Below are positions 1 to 64,000 of a stretch of 64,000 nucleotides of DNA, in pieces. Under the pieces are notes generated by a model. It saw nothing but the letters and a program-made list of their open reading frames with translations, had not been told where the DNA came from and did no database searches. The DNA comes from the human T2T-CHM13v2.0 reference genome, Homo sapiens. The DNA lies in the NCBI RefSeq assembly GCF_009914755.1, contig NC_060939.1. One strand, written 5' to 3'. The translations under genes were made by a program, and so were the position numbers. Position 1 is the first letter of the stretch; every line of letters begins with the position of its first letter.

Positions 1-286
1 TTGACTTTATTTATCCATTTAGGAACTCATTTTTATGTCTGTAGATGATGAGGGCTCCTTGTAGCCCTACATTTCTGAGACTTTACAGAAAGAAACATTT
101 CCTACCTAGAAAGCTAAAACAATACAACTGCATAGGCAAGAGAGCACAAATACATGAAACTGTGTGTATGTAATATACATGCTCTTTACAGAGCGTTTTT
201 AGCTTTATAAATGACTTTTGCACTTTTTTTTCAGACACCTATTGTTTAAAGTATGCATATTCAACTGTACCTTTCAAGGTGTTTCT

Positions 287-499
287 TTTTTTTTATTATT
301 ATACTTTAAGTTTTAGGGTACATGTGCACAACGTGCAGGTTTGTTACATATGTATACATGTGCCATGTTGGTGTGCTGCACCCATTAACTCATCATTTAA
401 CATTAGCTATATCTCCTAATGCTATCCCTCCCCGCTCCCCCCATCCCACAACAGGCCCCGGTGTGTGATGTTCCCCTTCCTGTGTTCATGTGTTCTCAT
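287..499 (-). mobile_element. 5'-truncated young L1PA 3'UTR fragment (~213 bp)
   Basis: ttattatactttaagttttagggtacatgtgcacaacgtgcagg... is the reverse complement of the L1PA 3' end; 17-bp TSD cctttcaaggt(g/t)tttct at 270-286 and 500-516. Confidence 0.93.
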
Positions 500-1024
500 C
501 CTTTCAAGGTTTTTCTAAGAGCCAAATATTTGGAGAAATATAAAGCTTACAAGTCCGTTGTATTTTCCTAAAAAGACAAATGACTAAAGTCAAATGGAGT
601 CATATTTTAATGCCTTCCAAAGAGGTTTAAAATCAAAATTTTAAAGAAATAACTCTGTTTTTGCAGACAGGTGAGAATGATGTTGCCAGAAGAAGGAATG
701 GCCTGTGTGCTGGTTCAGAGGCAAAGGAGAGGATTTCTGTGGGTGGACATCAGGGCAGTGTACAAGGACAACCAGGTGCTTTCCAAGCACCCACCTCATG
801 CAGTCCCCTCCCTCTGAGGCCAGGAGGAAAACAGCCTAGGAGATTCAGGCACATCTCCAAAGAAAGTCATTCTCTGGGGTAGAAAGAGTCCAAAAATCAG
901 GGCCTTTTCCAGGCCCTGCTATTGTGTGAACTGGAAGAGGTTACTTGTCTGTTGAACTCTGAGGAGGAGATGAGAATCTCATATGTTGTGCAGAGTTACA
1001 AGAACTTTGTAAAGTCCAAAGCCT

Positions 1025-1156
1025 TAATACTCAAAGTATGGTCTGCTTGTTAGCAATGAGGAATCTCAGCCCCACCCCAGACCAGAATCAGAATCTGCAT
1101 TCTGACGAGACACTGGTGATTTGCATGCACACTGAAGTATGAGAGCAGTGGTCTAA
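1025..1156. mobile_element. MER5-like hAT-Charlie MITE remnant
   Basis: aatctcagccccaccccagacc..aatcagaatctgcatt...gcacactgaagtatgagagcagtgg matches MER5A/B as recalled. Confidence 0.65.
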
Positions 1157-4100
1157 AGCATATGCAAATGTGAGTAGTAGCAGTATTAAGGAGCTCATTT
1201 TTTAGTTGTAAAAAAAGACGATAATAATGCAGAGCAGTAAGTTATCAATGACAAGTGACTAATACAGAATGAAAAGTCTATATGAATGGGATTTGAATTG
1301 CATGTTAACTACAGAATACAAGATGTCTATGTGTAAGGAGAAGGCTAGTCCTGACAGGGGATGTAACAAGAGTAGTTCTGTGGCTCCAGGAAGCTATAGG
1401 AAAGGGTAGAAGATTTGTGTGTGGAATGTATGGATGATGAAGCTGGAAAGGTAGATAAGGTGCAGATTATAGGCTCAAATACTGAGACTCAGCCTTTTCG
1501 TTCAAGAAACTATTGTCTTCTCTGAGCCAAGCACCCTTGGACTTTACCCTCTAGGAAATGAGGGGCCATTATGGGGTTTGAGCAGAGGAATACTATAGAG
1601 GGGAGGGACATTTGAGCATAACCCGGCTTTGAGAGAGCCTCTGTATTTAATGAAAGTGATGTCCCATAGGCCTGTTGTGTACAGGGATGTGATTTGACCT
1701 TCAGAATAACAAAGTATTATTAGGATGCTGTTTAATAATAGAATTGTACTGTAATGTGTTAGCACATTATACTGTCGTATCATATTGCCCTTTAATAACA
1801 CAGAGACAAGATAATTGGAAAGCTCTTTCAGTTCCGCAATGCCTTGTGAGTTGGTGGAAGGGTAGTTATAAGGAAGTCGACATGCCATTCTTTGATAACA
1901 GTAGCCCCAAGGCCTGGAATAACCACATAGCATCTCTCTTCTCTCTGTGTCAAGTGGAAAGAGGTAGCAATTCTTGCCTTGAGTTGTTAAGAAAAGCATC
2001 TGTTGAAAATAAAACATTTCATGCATTGTAGCGCCTACCTCCCCCCACCCCGTAAAGCAAAATGCCCGACGTGCTTGTGTTCTTCTGGTCACCAGCATGT
2101 CAGCTTTGATTTCAGTCATTACCCCAGTGGGAGCTGGGCCATGGGAAGCCTTTTGCCCTTTTGGGGAAGCAGTGGGGACAGATATTGTAGTTCATGGCTG
2201 TTTTTACCTCTGGCTTACTTACAAGTTGTCATTTCCATCCTCTTATGCATCATAGATTATATGCCTTTATCTGCTTCATTAGAATTTTCTAATTAATGTT
2301 CCCTCCCCTGGTCCCTAGACTGGACCATCACAGCTCTCAGTGTTGTCACCTAGAAGTATCTGAGAGCTCAGAAGCCTCCAAGGCAAACCCTTTGCTATTA
2401 GCCTTCTCTTTTCCTCTGTTTAAAGGAAAGGAACATAAAATCCTGAACATTCTGCTAGACCTCAGAATGCGACGTCTGGAAGAGGCTTTGGTGTGGTCTC
2501 CTGTGCTGCCTCTCTGCCAGGCACTCCCCTGAGGGACATGCTGCCTCTTGCTACAGCTTTGGTGTCTGCAGGAGCAGCCTGCCAGGCTGTTCCTGCCCAT
2601 TGACCTGTCGGGTTTAACAGATCCCTCATTTCTGTTGGCAGCTTTTCAATAGGCACAAAATGAAACTTATCTGCAGGAAGTGTCACTGCCATCTGCAGGC
2701 ACACACGCTGGTACCCAGGGTCCCCTGTCATTCTCTCTCCAGATGGGTCTTGTGTTTCAGAAAGCGGCTGTGGCAGGGGAGCGTGGCCTGTTGTTTCCTT
2801 TGTTTTCTACAAGGCTTGTGACCATCTGCCTGTCATCTCCTGTAACTCTGTCTTTGAAAGGCTTACCAGGAAATAGGAAGGAATGGGTATAGCATGTGCT
2901 GCTGGATTGAAACTCCCAGAAACACCCCAGGAATGGTCTGTGCGGTCATCTACCTCCCTCTCTCTAAGATGTCAGCTTTTCCCTTGCTGGTAGCTATTCT
3001 CTTTTATGTCTTCCTTTAGTTTAAAATGGATTGAAAGTGGATCTGTCCTTTGGATTTTTGAGAGAGCTGACTTCTTTGCAATCTCCTGGAATTATAAGAT
3101 TACCCCCCTGCTCTCCCTCTTCCTAATCAGAAAACCAGTATGAGGCCTTATAATACCAAGTGTATCAGAACTGGGGGTCCTGTACAAAATGTAAATGCAT
3201 ATATTCTTGCCATTTCCTTCCTGGGACAAGAACTTCTGTATACATCTTGGCCGAAGACTGTGCCTTTTGCAGATTTTCTTCTCAAACCTCTTCAGAGTTG
3301 TCAGCATAATTATATCTATTAGGATGCATGTAGGGAGGTGGTATTCTTTGCCCTCTTATTATATTTTCTTCTTCTCCAATCTCATTTGAGGCTATGGGTT
3401 CATTAAGCTGTGTGCAATATGGAAATCCTTCTTTATGACAGATAGTAATGCCACATGACCTTGCCCAGTAGGTCCTTTTATCCAGGTGAATTCTAGAGAG
3501 CCATGTGGTGAGCTGTGTACAGGTAGCCCTTTTCCTCTACGGGGCCTGGAGCGTGTTGTGGTTATGGGTCTCCATCTGTCTAATCTAGAGACAAACAGGT
3601 GAACTCCCTGACACGTTGGAAAATCATTTGAAAAGCAATGTAACTCAAAACAAGTTAGCTTAGACGACAATTAGAAAGCAGGCATCCTGGCTTCAGTCCC
3701 CGTTGCTTGCTGTGGACTCCTGCTCAGGCAGCTTTGTTCACATGCTGACTCTGCAGTTTACCAGGTAGCAGATGTTGAGCCCCAGTCCACTTTCTAGGTC
3801 TCAGTTTCCTCATCTGTAAAATTGGCATAATAATGAGATGTATCTGTAGAGCACTAAGCCTGACATTTACAAGGTATTTGGTAAATATTTGCTATTGTGG
3901 TTTATCATTCCATGGTTGTTCCCCCTTATCTGTCTTTCATGAAGAGTTATAAAGTTACAAGATTTTTAAATGCCTCAAATAAAGAAGTTTTAGAAATGGA
4001 GATACTAGCTAGATCCTCTTAGCCAGGTGGAGGGAGCTGATTAAATGTATCTAGTTATCGAATCGTTTTCTCCAAGAGAAAGCGCTGGTGCTTAATGAGA

Positions 4101-6793
4101 ATTAATCTTTCCTCTCTGTCCTTTCAGATTTTCTCTTTTCTGACTCAAGCCTTAGATTTAGCTGTTCTGCTGCTGTTTTCCAGAGCTGGCCCAGCTGCGT
4201 CCACTTAGCCTCCCGGAGGTCCCCAATACTCTGTGCCTCCCATTGCTCTTGCATCCATGACTTTTGTTACCCTGTCTTTTCCCATGGAGTGTGCAACTCT
4301 CCCTGTAGAGAGGGCTTCTGCCCCACAGGGACAACACTTTACTCTCTAGTGAATGCAGTCCTCTGGCCCTGGTCATAATTACTGTTTAAATCTGGGGCAT
4401 TCATCCCCTGAAGACTCACTCCCTCTCACACACTGACTGGCAGCTGGCCTATGACTCGAGGATAAAGGATCTCATCCCATTTTTGTCGCTTGCCCTTCCC
4501 GTGACTGTGGTCAAGTCCATTAACTCCTCATGTTCTTAGTTTTAGCCTTATTAAAGTGCTGTCCTCTCTACTGGTGCTTAGGAATGAAGAGGAGCTCAAC
4601 ATCCTTAGAAAAAAAGAAGTCTTATGCAGTTATTACCTTTTCCCCCTTACATTGTCATTGGGTCTGTGACTAGGACATTATTTTTATGTCCTGAGGTCAA
4701 ATCTTCATTGTTGCTGCTTCCCACTGAGGCTTTTACCCCTGCTGCTCGCTTATTGCACCATCCAGGTTCATGGAGAATGGAATAGAGAGGTTTTCTTAAG
4801 CTGTCCTACTCTGTGCTCACATCAAGGCTGGACTATTTCATGATCTTCATGTTCATGGCTCCAAGATAAACCTATACTGGTGGTTTTCTTGGTCTAGTTA
4901 CCTCCCTTAGTAGAATAACTAAAATACTGTCTTGAGATTAGGTATGATTTGCAGCAAACACATTCCCTCTTTTATATTCCATTCCTTGTCCCCATTTCTG
5001 TAAGCTCCTTGGGATTGGGATACTTTCTTCTTCCTTCACATCTTGTCATGGCACATAGCAAAACTGTCTTTCCCAATGCGGAGCCTAGGAATTTTACTGG
5101 CAAGCAATTCTTATTCTACACTGTAATCAGATTTCCAAAGGTTCTTTATTTATAAACATCTCTGTCTATAGAAAGGAGATGGTTTCATCCATCGCAGCCC
5201 CTATCACAAAAATACAGAAGCATAGTAGTGCTCAGGATGTTACATGCACAGGTGCTTGTCCAAGGGACCAGTCCGTTGACTGTCCTGAGAGGTAGGGGTC
5301 CTAGTCTGTCCTCAGTTGGCAGTGCTGTGAGGAGGCTTTTTCTACAAACATCACTGCCATTTTGCTAGGACTGCATTGACATTCTCTTTTATTTAGACAC
5401 GGTATTAAACACGTCTGTATCCTAAGTGAGTTTATAGTTTCTAAAAGCAACCACATAGCTTGCAAGAGATTTACGTTTCACTTATGTAACTTGTTATTTA
5501 CATAGAAATTTCGTGGCTTAGATAATAGTATATAAGCCTCCCATCTAGGAAGAGTGCATCTTGGCCTTGGTGTCTGTGAAAGAAAGTTTTTACTGTTAGA
5601 TGTAAATGCTCCCAAAATTGGCTTTTAAATGTCCCCCGAAATGACCACTCTTATCCTAGGGAGTGACACCACTTTCTTCTGTAGGGAACTCCAGCCCCTG
5701 CCTCATCCAGCAGCCTCAGAACTTCTCCTACCCTTCCAGGCGCTCTCTGCAGCCTCCAGCGGTCCTCCAGCCACCTGCCTGCCTCTCACATCCTCCCAAA
5801 TCCAACATAATTAGCGCTTTCCCTGTGTTGCTGATTTGTTGGTCCACAATTATGATTTATAAATAGCCCACAAACAAGAACACCAAACAATTTGAACTTC
5901 TGCTTTGGTCTGTTTTGAGTGGTAGTTTTTTAATACGATCAAGCTACAGATGTGAGTTTGGAGAGATGATAGCTGTAGGAAGGAAGAGAGGAGCTTTCTC
6001 TGGCTCCTGCTTGAAACTCTGCCTTCCTGAGTAGGCGAGGAGGAGAGTGGGCTAGGAAACTGGGTGTTTGTAAATTGTATTTTGTTAACAAGCACAATCA
6101 TAGTGCTAGCATTTAAAACTTCTTAGAATCCTACTCTCGAAACGTGAAGGACCTCTCATGTCACTGGGGAAGATGCTGGGTCCAGAAAAGTCGGGCAACT
6201 TGCACCAAGTCATCCTTTTTTTATTTTAAATAAATTTTATTTTGTATATTTAAGGTATACAACGTGATGTTATGAAATACATAGAGATAGTAAAAAGGCT
6301 GCTACAGTGCAGCAAGATAACATATTCATCATCTCACATAGTTACCCATCTTTTTGTTTTTGTGGCAGAAAATCTCACCAAGTCATTCTTTAGGCTCACT
6401 GCATTGTTTTGGGTAGTAGTTAAATTTTCCCAGGGCCTGAGATCAATTTTAACTAAGGGACAGATAAAGAATTTCACTTTTTCTCTTACTGGTTTTGCCT
6501 TTCCAGTTGATATTTATTTATATCTTACGAATATTCTTAACTGGATCATCGTTTTTCCCAAGTCATTTTGAACCAAGCTCTCTTATCTTTCCTATGTACC
6601 ATGGGCAGTGGTGGTCTCCATGTGGCCTCCTGTTGTTGATTTTATGTGCCAGGAAGAAAGAAAGAAAGAACGGGTTGTGTCACATCTTTCCTACTGGGAG
6701 TCAAAGCCCTTAAGGAAGCAAAGATTCAGCTGCCTCGGAGTTTCCTGGGATGGTGCCTTCGGGCTAAAGCAGGTCTCTCTAACTCTTCTGCAG

Positions 6794-63588
<56,795 letters not shown>

Positions 63589-64000
63589 GTAACCGGCCCT
63601 TGGGGTGGCAGTGTGGTGTTCTCTTCAGCCTGTAGTGCAGCTAAGCTAAGGATAAGCAGACCACAGATGGAGTCTCTGTCACTGTATCGTCATCTTGGTG
63701 GGCTTGTAGGGAAAGTGTGAAAGAATGTGAGTAACCGGTAGCAGCACAACGATTATGACCAAGGGATCTCCTGTGAACACAGGTAGCCAGCTTCAGAGAC
63801 ATGTGGACATTTGTGTTCTTCGTGTGTGGAAGCCCAGCCTCGTTGGTCTACATGGAACATTACCAGATGCCGGTGGTTCCTAATAAAGTTCTGCGTAATT
63901 TACAGATTTATAAATCTACCTATGGAAGGAAGAGACATGGCAGAATACTGTATAATCAGTGTCCTTTCCATGTGTAACTGAGACAAACTGAGCTGCCCTC

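Noticed and set aside
1544-2119. 191-aa minus-strand ORF
   Set aside because: No recognisable domain, overlaps an L2-like remnant, no exon logic; consistent with chance

Overview
Human-type (primate) genomic DNA from inside the ryanodine receptor 3 gene (RYR3), transcribed on the + strand. Fifteen consecutive GT-AG coding exons (6794-63588; 2927 nt spliced; intron phases all compatible) encode the end of SPRY2, SPRY3, the junctional solenoid/handle and the start of the bridging solenoid. From recall these are about exons 28-42 and residues ~1186-2161. The introns hold many Alus, MIR/L2, MaLR LTRs and hAT/Tigger DNA transposon remnants. They also hold a near-full-length sense-oriented L1PA (46015-51881, perfect 18-bp TSD) with an internal ORF1 deletion and an open antisense ORF0 homologue, and a complete processed pseudogene of C1QBP/p32 (~55721-57104). 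The most unusual signals are inverted repeats I cannot assign to a known repeat family. First, a 39-nt complementary pair with competing alternative arms brackets the in-frame 138-nt exon (32924-33061), nested inside convergent Alus, and is a candidate RNA-structure splicing/circRNA switch. Second, a ~150-bp, 87%-identical inverted duplication (27463-28329) is interleaved with a direct MIR duplication, and its mismatches are strongly skewed to A·C (sense) / G·U (antisense). No prokaryotic systems, CRISPR arrays, tRNA or rRNA genes were seen. Repeat subfamily names and exon numbers come from recall, not from a database search.
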